A stretch of DNA of 64,000 nucleotides from Vicugna vicugna (Eukaryota): contig MU058781.1 of the NCBI GenBank assembly GCA_013265495.1, positions 7,979,009 to 8,043,008 of the forward strand, written 5' to 3'. Below are positions 12,108-23,289 of the stretch, one piece after another (the stretch's first letter is position 1; each line of letters starts with the position of its first letter). A program made the position numbers and the translations under genes. The notes beneath the pieces are model-generated. The model did no database searches. It worked only from the letters and a program-made list of their open reading frames with translations, and was not told where the DNA came from.

Positions 12108-15100
12108 TATGTATCTAACGATATAACTTATTTTCATTTCTGCCATGATTTAGGTGGTCCCTCTTACATTGAAGAGACTCTTACCTCCCAGCAAGCCAGG
12201 TGACTCACTACGACGATATGATGCTCAATCTGTCTGCCAACTTCTACAGATGCTCTATAGATGCTCAAATCCTGTGGCAAAGGATAAAAAAAAAAATCAA
12301 AAGAATTTTCTGAGATCTATTTTAGTATGTATTAAGTGATGTGAATTCAGTATTATCATTTTTTAACAGAATGAAAATGTGAGAGAACTGAGTTATCTTC
12401 AGGTTATTTACTGTGGGGAAAAGAAATAATTCTTTATCCCTCGATTAATCAAGCTTCATGGCACTGCACACGAAATCTGCTTGCCAGAGGTCAGTGCTGT
12501 GAATGTTAAACGACTTCTGTGCCAGAATATTTAGACTTATCCTAGCTTTGGGATACAAAGACTGCCCTGCTCCACCAAGGCAGAGGCGAGTCTTATACCT
12601 GGTGATAACGTTAATCAGACATGAACGGATAAGCAATGAGGAATGTGGAACAGCCATTATTACTGGTGGGGAAATTAGAAGTAAAGAAAGAAAAACAAAG
12701 ACGATAAAGCCACCCAAACACACATGAGCACATACTTGGCAGAGGAGATCGGAAAAGAACAGAACAGAGTTACCAAGTTCACTGTATTATATGGCGCAGT
12801 TGGTAACTCATATAATTGCCAAAATGATGGGCTAACAACAGTATCGATGTCAATTGATATTAGAAGGTTTAAAAATGTTTTCTGTTCATTTGGTCAATCA
12901 ACTAATCAAATTGGTTTGTTTTCACAAGTTATCTTGGGTTATTAATTATTAACTGTGTTAGGCTGTTGTGGGGGGAAACAAGGAAATACTAAAAGATAGT
13001 TCTTTTCCTCAAACTTCTCAACCTCCTTCATTGCACACTTTTCTGGTGCTGACCCTGTGCCAGGCACTGTTTCCAAGTCTCTCTGTCCCACTAGACCAAG
13101 AAATCCTTGTGTGCTGGGACATAAGAAAACCATTATGACACAGCGTGATTAGTACTAATCAGAAGAATGACCTTTGCAAAGCTTCCCAGAAGGGATATTG
13201 ATTGAGATGATCTTGATTCATGGGGAAATGTTATGTGTTTGAAGACAGCATGCCGCTTTTAGAGAACAGTAAGGGAACCCATGTGACAGAATAGCAGTGC
13301 CTTTCAGGAAACAGAAGTTAAGGTAGCTGGAATGAAGGGCCACCACAAAGGGTCTCAGATGCTACAATCTGGAACTTGCACTTTGTCCCCTGAGTGATGG
13401 AGAGAGGAACAAAATGCATGACAGAAAAATACAGCCGAGAGCATAAGGGAGCAAATATGGAGAGTGAATGATTAAGAGCTCAAAGTTCAGAGGGCCTGTC
13501 TTGAAGGCTGAGTAGACAGAGAAAAGAGAAGATCACTTGTGGTAGACATAACAACCATCCCCAACTCTCCTTCCTCTTGCCTGTCTCCCACCAGGAAGAC
13601 ACAAATCAGGAGACCGGCTTTCTAGCCTCCTGTAAGCCAAGGTCAGCCACCTGACCAGTGCCCATGAGATCCTAATCAAGCCACTGAGCTTAAGAGAATG
13701 TCTGCAAAAGCTTCTCACATACACAAACACAAAGGAATTGCACAAGCTACCTAACTTACAGACTTTTCTTTCCTAATAAAAGGAAAGCCTCACCAAGCAA
13801 GCTTCTTCTCACTCCTCTACCACGCCCACGTTTCTTTCTCTGAAAAGGTCTGGTAACCTTGTGAATTTTGACACAGCAATGGCTAATTTAAGGTTATAGC
13901 AGAAGCTGGGGGCACTATTTCCTAAACTGAGCTCAAACTCACTAAATAAATCATTCCTGGCTGAACTGGTGTCTCATCCGGTGAACAGACCAACACCAAC
14001 CATCTGATTACCACCATTTATATCTTGAGGTAAGTAAACAAAACTTCATTTTGTTGCATCATCAGGTTCAACAAAGTAAGAAAAGACCAAAAGCTAAAAG
14101 GCAGATACCTGGGAACTAGAGGAAAGTCCTCTCTGGGTTTATGTTCAGATGGCCATACTGTATAATCTACTGGAATGAGCACTAGATAGAAAGCCAGACT
14201 CTGGTATGTGCTTTGTCTTTAGTTAACAAGCAGGTTAGATTGCCTACAGGATGAGTATGCTAGCTGGAAGTCAGGACCTGGAATCAGATACATTCCTTGG
14301 GGTTGAAGGCATGTTAGACACAGAATGCCCATGGATAAGGCTGCAGGAGAATTCTTGGTGAATGACTGTGTTCTTTTCCTGCTATGTTTTACACCTCCCT
14401 TTCCCTAAGATCACATTCTACTTCTGGATCATAGAGCTACCCGGACCCATCTCTTACTAAGTGATAATAGGAGTGATTAGCAAGGTGGGACTGGGGCACC
14501 TGGAACTAACCAGAAATCCCTTGCCACAACTGGGTTCTGGGTCAGAGTGAGACTCACAGCAAGTGTGAATGTTAGGTTTGTTAACTCCAAAATAATGGAA
14601 CCTTCCCTTTCTAAAGGTGGGACTGGTCCTAAAGACAGGGAGGCTGACTGCCTCCTACTGAAGAATAGGTGGTGATGGACTAAGAAGAAAGGAAGGAGGG
14701 CTGACCACTCATCAGAGAGGAGGCGGCATCCGATAAGCCTGTTAGCACTGGCCAGTTGAAGACCTTGAATCTGAGTTTACGCACTCCTGATTGTCCTTCA
14801 ACTCTTCTAAGACCCAATGCAGAGATCTGCCAGCAAGGAGAGCTACAGAAAGAAGGGATTTTTTCTGTACTTAAATGTTAATGAGGGACCCTTAGAAGTA
14901 GCCTTAACCCCTCCTCCCCACAAAATGGATTCTAGTGTATTAGACCCCTGGGGAGATATTAAGACAGAGCTTAATTAAAAACAGAAACGATTGCCTAATT
15001 AGCTCTAGACCAGTTCATTTTATACACTATCTACAAAGGTCGGTAAGTACTATGTTAATAACAGTGAGTAACAAAGTCATACTAAACTAATACCACCCCA

Positions 15101-16527
15101 GATTTGGGAATCAATCTTGTTATATCCTCCTTGTATCCGCACATACTTTATTGTTTACTTCTTTTTCTATGGTTGCTAATTGTTACATAGTTCTCTGCTG
15201 GGGTTCTGAATCCCTTAATGCATCTCTTAGAGATTCCTAGTTTCACAGCTTCTGAAATGATAACAGAGCTAAAACAGAAGGAAATACAGTATCAAACCCC
15301 TGCTGGTGTGATTCTATATAGCTTCCTCAGAATGGAAACATTGTGTTTAGCTATTTGCATATCAACTCCAACCTGTGCAGGAATATCAATTGCTCTCCAG
15401 AGCTGCTCTCCTCTTTGTTTTTCTGAAAGTAAGGCAGGCCAGTGGTGCATGCTGATGAGCTGACACCCTCTCTCCCACACACACAGAGGGACTGGACTGA
15501 TCATTGGACTTCAATCTGTCTGAGAAGCAGCTATATTTTGATTAGAAGATTTGAGAGCAGGTGTAAAGTTTTCTATTAATAAAACAAATGACAAATCAAG
15601 ATTTTATTTAGAACTAATGTATGTTTAATAAGTTTACTTTGACAAGTACGTAGTATGCACTCATCACTGATTCTGATTACTACATTGATCACCAAATGAG
15701 ATGCTGATGTGGAATGCATTAGCTCAGATGTCCTATCTCAAGGGCTTGAGTTTTGATAATCAGACTATCATCATTTCAATGCCTTGTCATTGCCAATGTC
15801 TTATCCACAGATATGATATATGCCTGATGGTGTGGGTCTAAACAAAGCAGAGAAGAAAATCTCAATAAACTGGCAGCTTCTATCTGTAGGAAAAGAATCC
15901 AACAAGAGAGAAACACTAAAAAAGATGGATTAAAAAAATAGATTCAAGTTTTGGAACAATATCCCTGGACTGAGGAACAAAGGGTTCAGTTTAGAGAGGA
16001 CAGTGCCACAGCTGCCAGCATGATGGCCAGGACTTTGTAACACTTTCAATACACTCAAGGCTGATAATGAGTGCTGTGAGGACATCCCAGCTGTGGCTAC
16101 AAGAACTGTAGTTCTTCCTACACCATGTGCAAGAAAGAATCCTTTGATTTCTGGCTGCAGCAATGATTAGCAGGACCTAGATCTAGCATCTGCTCAGTTG
16201 CTACTTTTTATGTAACACACCCGGATCCTGACTGCCTTGTGGCCTGACATGCCGCACTGCTTTCAGGATCTAGGACTGAGCATCAAAAGAGTATTCACGC
16301 TTCTAAATGTTTTAAGAATTATCTGAAATAGTCTAGGACCTCTAACTTAATGGGCATCGTTATTTGCACAAACAACCTAGGACAGAAGTGCCAAAGGAAC
16401 GGAGGATAAGCTTGAAAGAGATGTGTCCCAACTCCATTCCATCCCATCTCCACTCCACGCCAAAAATGTGTATTACATACTCAGAGTTCCTCATTTATTC
16501 TGGATAAAAATCCCTTTTTGATGTAAT

Positions 16528-17720
16528 TCAAAAACTGATTGTAAAATTCATACAGAAATACAAAGGACCTAGAATAACCAAAATAAATTAAAAAACCCTA
16601 CAAAGTTAGAGAACTAGCATGGCCTGATTTCAAGACTTATGAAACAGCTACAGTAAGTAAGAAAGTGTGCTATGGTGTCAACATAGAAAATTAAATGGAT
16701 GGCATAAAGGATCCAGAAATAGACTCATACATCTATGGCCAACAGGTTTTTTGCTTGTCAATACTGGTGCAAGAAAAAGTTGACAATCCATATGTAAAAA
16801 AAGTAAAACTTGACACAATTCACACCACATCCAAAGATTAGTTCAAAAACGGACTATACATTCAAATATAAAACCTAAATTTATCCAACTTCCAGAAGAA
16901 AATATAGAATAAAATCTTACCTTCAGTTAGGCAAATATTTTTTAAGTAGGACTCAAAAAGAAAAAAAATTGATTGAATGGACTTCATCAACATTTAAAAC
17001 ATTTGCTAAAATTTTGCTCTTCAAAAAGTACTGTTAAGAAAATGAAAAAATAGGCTACAGGTTGTGAGAAAATATTTGCAAAACTTGTATCTGAGAAAGG
17101 ACTTGTATGCATACTATATTAAAAATTCTTATAACTCCACAAGAAAAGCAAGTAATTCAATAAAAAGGCAAAAGATATCAAAGACAATGTAAGCACATGA
17201 AAATTTTCAACATCATTAGTCATTAGAAAAATACTCATTAAAACCACTAGCTACCCTCAAGAATGGCTAAAGAAAAATTTATAAAAGCAGAAAAGGCCAA
17301 GTGTTGGTGAGATGTGGAGCAACTACACCCCTACTCGTTGCTTGTGGGAATGCAAAATACAGCTGCCACTTTGGAAAATGTATTGTCAGCCTTTTGTCAA
17401 TTTAAATACACACATACAATATGGCCCAGTATTTCCACTCCTAAGTACTTATCCAAGAGAACAGAAAATGTATCCATACAAAGATTTGTACTCAAGTTCA
17501 GAGCTGCTTCATTCGTATTAGTAATTGTCAAAACCCAGAAAGAAGTCAAATACCCATCAAGTGATGAAAGGATAGACTAATAGTGGCATATCCATACAAT
17601 GAAATATTATTCAGCGATAGCATAAATGTTCCCAAGAGGCTTATGTTAAGTGAAAGAAGCCAGACACAAGAGACTGTATACTCCCTTAATGTGATGTTCT
17701 AGACAAGGCAGGCAAAAAGA
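16528..17720 (+). mobile_element. Old L1 (ORF2 C-terminal part and 3' UTR), degraded
   Basis: Typical L1 ORF2 motifs (ctgattgtaaaattcata, gatttcaagacttat, atccagaaatagactc, gagaaaatatttgcaaa, gtgaaagaagccagacaca). Confidence 0.85.
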
Positions 17721-17837
17721 CACAAAATGATAGTATATACCTCGATGACTTTTTAACATGAGCAGGAAATCAAAAGACGTACGTAAGAATGATGACAGGG
17801 ACTGTCCATGAATGGGCTGTTGAAAAATTATTTTCAG

Positions 17838-17936
17838 AATATGAAAATGAACATATGTATGTATATGCATGACTGGGACATTGTGCTGTGCACCAGAAAT
17901 TGACTGTACATTGTAACTGACTGTACTTCAGTTTAA
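17838..17936 (+). mobile_element. Young ~100-bp L1 3'-tail insertion with TSD
   Basis: aatatgaaaatgaacatatgtatgtatatgcatgactgggacattgtgctg...; TSD aaaaattattttcag (17823-17837) / aaaaattgttttcag (17937-17951). Confidence 0.85.
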
Positions 17937-20900
17937 AAAAATTGTTTTCAGTAATTTCCAAATTTTTATGAGAATGTACTACTTTTTTCATAGGGCCTTT
18001 AAGTGTACAGAAAGGGATGCAAATAACACATAGAAACACTGTTCCCAGGAAGGGACTGCTAGCAGATTTATCATGATAGGCAACTTGTTCCACTCTATTT
18101 CTTCTACCTGTGGAGTTCATGCTTTTCTTATTATTAAAGACCTTTTCAAAAATATTTTCTCACCTTGTAAGTAACGGTCTGACCTCCACAAAAGGCAAGT
18201 CATTTCAGCAAGACTACAATGGCTGGGAACACTACCTGGGCAGGTAATTCAACCACTGAATATCAGTAGTGCTCAGGGAATGGACACTTTCTCACCACAA
18301 ATGACTTGTTCAAATGCTACATTCAGTTTGACACAAAGATAGTTCCCTGGGACAACCAGCTTATTAGCAGAGTTTTAATATGAGTTAAAGGTACAAACCT
18401 ATAGAAGTCATTTTCTTGAAAGTAATTGCCGAACAAGACATTATCTGTTATCAAAGCATGGGAAATGTGTTGAAAAACGTACAAAGAAAACTGATGCTGT
18501 GGGAAGTTTTAAGTACATTTCATATTGACAACTCGAAATACGAGAAAAATGCCTGGTGCGTGTTTTGGGGAATGTTCATGCAAGATAACAGGCTTTGAAT
18601 ATAAACAAGTACCTAGAAAATATTTTCGAATTACTTAGAAGGATATCTGTTCTTTTAAAAACGTATGGATTTGTGAAGTAACTACCCGTAAATACCTGAG
18701 GGGGTGCAGCTATTGAGCCGGCCTCCAAAGCTGTGCATTTCTCCAAAGACACTCTATTTTCACGGACAAAAGTACAAAATGGAAAAAGGAAACTTTTTTT
18801 TTGCCACGAAAAATATCCTGTATGGAATCAAACTCACTCACCAAACATCATCCATTTTGTCATGTTCATTTAAACCATTACCTAAAACACGAGCAACTGC
18901 TTCATAGAAGAGAGAACATAATGATATCTAACATCTGATGAATTCTAAGTCTGTGCCAGTAACTCTTCTCACAATTAATGTTTTGTATTAATTTATAAAA
19001 TGCACTCAGAAATAATACTTTTCATCTGACTTGACCCCGGAATATTAAGTTGTATCCTTGGCTTTTCTTGACCACCTCTTCCTAAATCCATATCAAAAAT
19101 ATTTAAATTAAGTGGCAACGTGGACGCTTTTTTAATGGGCCTCTTGTGGAGCAAATTAGCTCTTTCCAAGTTGCCGTTAACACCAGGGCACACTCTTACC
19201 AAATACTCCTTAGTACTGTTCACGTCCTACTGCCATTCTTCCCCTGATCACTGTGCTACATTATACAGCACATTTTGTCACATGATTTATGATTCTCTAT
19301 TATTTGCATTACTTACTCTATTTATTGTCGCACATTAGTGTCTGTCTAGGAAATATCTGTTTGCTTCGTTTGAAGGTGATGTTTCCTCCAAATTGAAAAG
19401 CTTCTAGAGAATAAGGGTTAGTTTGGGTTTTTCTCTATTTTCCTGGGGCCCAGAACAGAACCCTGTCGGTTGTTCTGTTGCTTTGAGCTGAAGACCATTA
19501 AGCAAGAGTGCTTAAAAAGAATTTTCTTCACCTTAGGACATGGTCTGATAACCTTGGGAGAGTCTCAGGTGTGAGGCAGTATTAGCATGCAGGGCTGTCT
19601 GCCCAGGTAATTAATAGAAGGCAAGCCGGATCTGGCTCGTTCCCTGAGAAAGTTCAATGGTGGCATCCTTAGTGGGGCCAAACCAGTTTCCCAGTACGCT
19701 ATTCGGTGACCTTCCTTCCAGCCCTGGCTAAAAGCAAATGGGATTAAGAAGTCTCAGAAGCTCACACTCGATGTGGCTTGCACAGGCCCTGCTCTGACTC
19801 ACTAGTAAGGAGATCACTCCAGGCACCTCCGTCTACCTGGCCTGGCCTCGTTTTCCCTTTCTGTAATTTTGGAATAACCTCCAAGGTCTTAAGGAAGCAA
19901 TATAAACAAAGCACTTCCTCGCCCAGTCAGCACTCAGTCAATGATAGCGAGCATTATTACCTCTCTCTGTAGCCCGTTGGTAGAGAAAAGCAGAGTGGCT
20001 GTTCTGTTCAACCGCAGATTTCTTCAGCAGATGGTTCTGTTAATGAAGGAAGCCCAGGACCTCTACTTGGGCTGGAAAATGAACCAAAGACAATGTCAGA
20101 TTGCTTCCACCTGGTGAATCAGTAGGACACGCATACCAAAGACTTACTATTCGCAAAACAGCTTTTCCCCGCCCACTGGAAAGAGAATCGCCTGGTCTGA
20201 GTCGGTGAGCATCGCGCAGGCTCATCTTCCAGCAGCTTCGGGTGGCCATGAGCCCCACGGGGACCAGCGCAGGTTCAGTCCAGCTGCAGTGACCTTGAGC
20301 CTTCCCCCAAAAGGCTGCCGGTCATGGGGTGGATGATCCCCTGGGGCTCCTGGGGAAACCACACTAGTCAGGAGTTGGAGTTAAGGTGGATATTTCCGGG
20401 AGAGGGACTGGGCACCAGAAAAGAGGTGGAAGTCCCAGTGTTTAAGGAGTTCTGTGCTGTGTGGGGAGCAGGACAGATGTGGCCCAAGAGTTCTGGCTTC
20501 CAAGGCTGAACAGTAGTGTCATCCAACCCTCTGAGCCTCGGTTTCCCCAGCTGGGCACATTTTCTATCATAACACTTGCCTATCTCCAAATATTATTTGA
20601 TAATTAGTATTTTGGAAATGTAAGTGCTCATTGCTTCCTCAAGTCCCTACTTGAGAAATATCCAAGAGATGTATTTCTCAGTCTCCCTGAGGATCTCAGA
20701 CAAGTCACTGGACTCAGCCTGTTTGAAAAATGGGAATGACAACTCCATGTCACTAGATTTGCGGGATATATAAAAATACAAATACTCTCACAGCCTTCTG
20801 GAAAGTCCTAGGTCAGAAAAAAAAAAGTGCCTTAATTAATTGAATGTTTCTCCCAAGAGAATATGTCCAGTTTATGTCTGAGGCATGACAAAAGAGCTGG

Positions 20901-21984
20901 AAATGTTTCTGCTGCATATCAAAAAGCAGAAGGGGCGCTTCAGCCTCTTTCCCTGGCCCCTCCTAGCTGCAGTGTTGGGTTCATTTTTCCTCTACCTCCA
21001 TACTTTCTTTCTTGAACTTGTTTGGAGTGTGGAACCCAAAGTTTTGCCATTCCTCGCCCACTCCTTTTTCTTCAGGCTACCCTTTTCCTAACAGATTCTC
21101 TGCACTCCATTATGCCCCATACCTGAGGATTATAAAGACCAGACATTTCTCCAGGGGCCCAAGTTCTGTGCTCAGCTTGCCTGGTCCTGATTCCTCACAG
21201 GTTGGCTCTGGCTTTGTTACCCTTGGAGATTAGGGTTGAAGGCTCGCTTGGGGTGCATTCAGCTCACACGTTCTTTCCGTCTCCGTCCAAATTAAAATGC
21301 AGCAGGTACTACGCCTGCACATCTCTGTGAAAACGTTCTGCCTGTGCTGACCACGGAAATCAAGTCCATTAGAGCTACCAGAACTCATCCTCACTCCCAA
21401 GAAGAGAAGACTCATAAAAATCAGGCTGCTGTATGCAGCAAGCAAATTGTTTTTAAACGTATTCTCTTTGGCTTTTAAATCTCTTTGGCTTTTGAATATG
21501 AGCACATTAATATGGTCTTTGACATCAGAAGAATGAAACCAAGAGTAGACAAAAATTTAAATAGAACCAAATATTCCAAACCTTATCAGAAAATGCTGGA
21601 CCATCCCACTCTATTTCTCCCCATATCCAACAACCCCCAAACCATATATTCTTCCCCAAAAAATATGAAAATGAAAAAAAATCATTTAAAAGATGCTTAG
21701 ACATTTAACATCATATAGGGTATGAATATTAAAATATTAATCTAATCAAAACCCCAGTGCCTTATGGAGAAGGCAGCACAGCGAAGCCATTAAGACCTCA
21801 GTCTGAGAGATCTGGGTTTGAATTTTGACTACTCCTCAGTATCTCAGGACCTTGATTAAAGTATTTAAGTATTTCTAAGGTAGTGGGATTTGATTAGGGG
21901 CAAACAGTGGCAATAATTTGAATAATTCTTTTGCCATGTCATTCCATGCACTGCCTCCCACCAATTCAGAGAACTCATCCTTAA

Positions 21985-22448
21985 AATTCTGTTTTCGTGG
22001 CACCAGATGACAAAGAGATAGGTAAATAAATAGGTAGATATAATAGATAGATGATAGACAGACAGGTAAATAGATAAATTTATCACAGAAAACTGGCGTA
22101 CAGCTGTGAGGGCTAAGTCAGTAAGTCAGAAATCCACAGGTCAGGCCGTTAGGAAGGAAGCATCGTGAGTGGAACTCCACGGGCACAGAACGAAGCGTCG
22201 ACCGCAGGCAGAATTTCTTCTCTCTGGAAGGGAAACCGCAGTGCTGACTTTAAATCCTTCCAACTGATTCAGCCAGGCCCACCTGGATTATCCACATAAT
22301 CTCCCTTACTTACGGTCAAGCCATGAAAGTGACTAATTACATACACAAAATACCTTCACAGCACTGTTGTTTGATTGAATCACTAGTCTAATGTAGGAAG
22401 AAACAGTCTAGTGGACTCTAGTCAAGGTGACACGTGAAAACACTAACA
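21985..22448 (-). mobile_element. MLT2-type (ERVL) solo LTR
   Basis: caactgattcagccaggcccacctggattatcc...aatctcccttactta...aaaataccttcacagc...tagtcaaggtgacacgtgaaaa, reverse complement of MLT2-like consensus. Confidence 0.75.
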
Positions 22449-22449
22449 T

Positions 22450-22850
22450 ATATCTTTCAAAAATCCAATACCTAGGTAAAAACCTAAAAAAACCCCAAAT
22501 TTACAAGACCTCTGTGCTGAAAACTGAGAAATTACTAGGAGAGCTATGCTAAAAGATGTAAATGAATGGAGGGTGATGCCATGTTCATAAATTGAAAGGC
22601 TCAATACTGTGAAGCTAACAATGCGCCCCAACTTTAACGATACATGAATACAATCCTAATTAAATCCCTAGCTGATGTGCAAGTGAATTTTGGCAAAAGG
22701 GCAAAAATCACAAAACAATCCTGAACAACGACAAAACGCTGGGTAACTTACCCTCCAGATATCAAGACTTATTATAAAGCTACATTAAAGACAGTACAGA
22801 CTGCTGTAAAAATAGAGTAGTAGATCATTAGAACAGAATAGAATTTAGAA
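22450..22850 (+). mobile_element. L1 ORF2 fragment
   Basis: atgccatgttcataaattgaaaggctcaatactgt...atcaagacttattataaagctaca. Confidence 0.75.
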
Positions 22851-23253
22851 ACTGTAACAGAGAGAAAAGGTTTTGGTTCTCAGTCAGAAGACATGTCATG
22901 TAGATGGATGAAACCCTAGGGTTTGGGTTGTTTATTTTGAAAACCTGGTACAGTTTACCAACTGAGTGTTGGTTACTGCTCCCTGAAATCAAATACATTT
23001 TCCTTTTCTAACTCATTTTCCATGCAACTTCCCATGAAAAGAAATAACAAGAAACTATATTTCCTGGAACCACATCAGGCTCTCAGGAGGGAATACTTGG
23101 AAAGGTTAAGTCCCACATCCTTAAGATTAAATGACACCTCTACTGTAATCTACATTAGACCAATTTTGACCTGTGCAGGGTTCAGAATATTATTTTAGGT
23201 CCTATCTTCAGATTCACTCCTTTTGATTAAATATCTTTTCCTCCACATTGAGA

Positions 23254-23289
23254 GAGAGCGCCGAATCCTAACCACTAGACTACCAGGGA
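23254..23289 (-). pseudogene. 5' half of tRNA-Glu(CTC), tailless retropseudogene
   Basis: Minus strand TCCCTGGTAGTCTAGTGGTTAGGATTCGGCGCTCTC equals tRNA-Glu(CTC) nt 1-36 with one mismatch (G9>A) and stops at the anticodon. No T-arm or B box. Flanked by imperfect 15-bp direct repeats. Confidence 0.88.

Noticed and set aside
14190..15050. Possible old LTR-like segment
   Set aside because: Composition is suggestive, but I could not identify termini, a TSD or a family.
23254..23289. Functional tRNA-Glu gene
   Set aside because: Only nt 1-36 are present. There is no variable loop, T-arm/B box or 3' acceptor strand.
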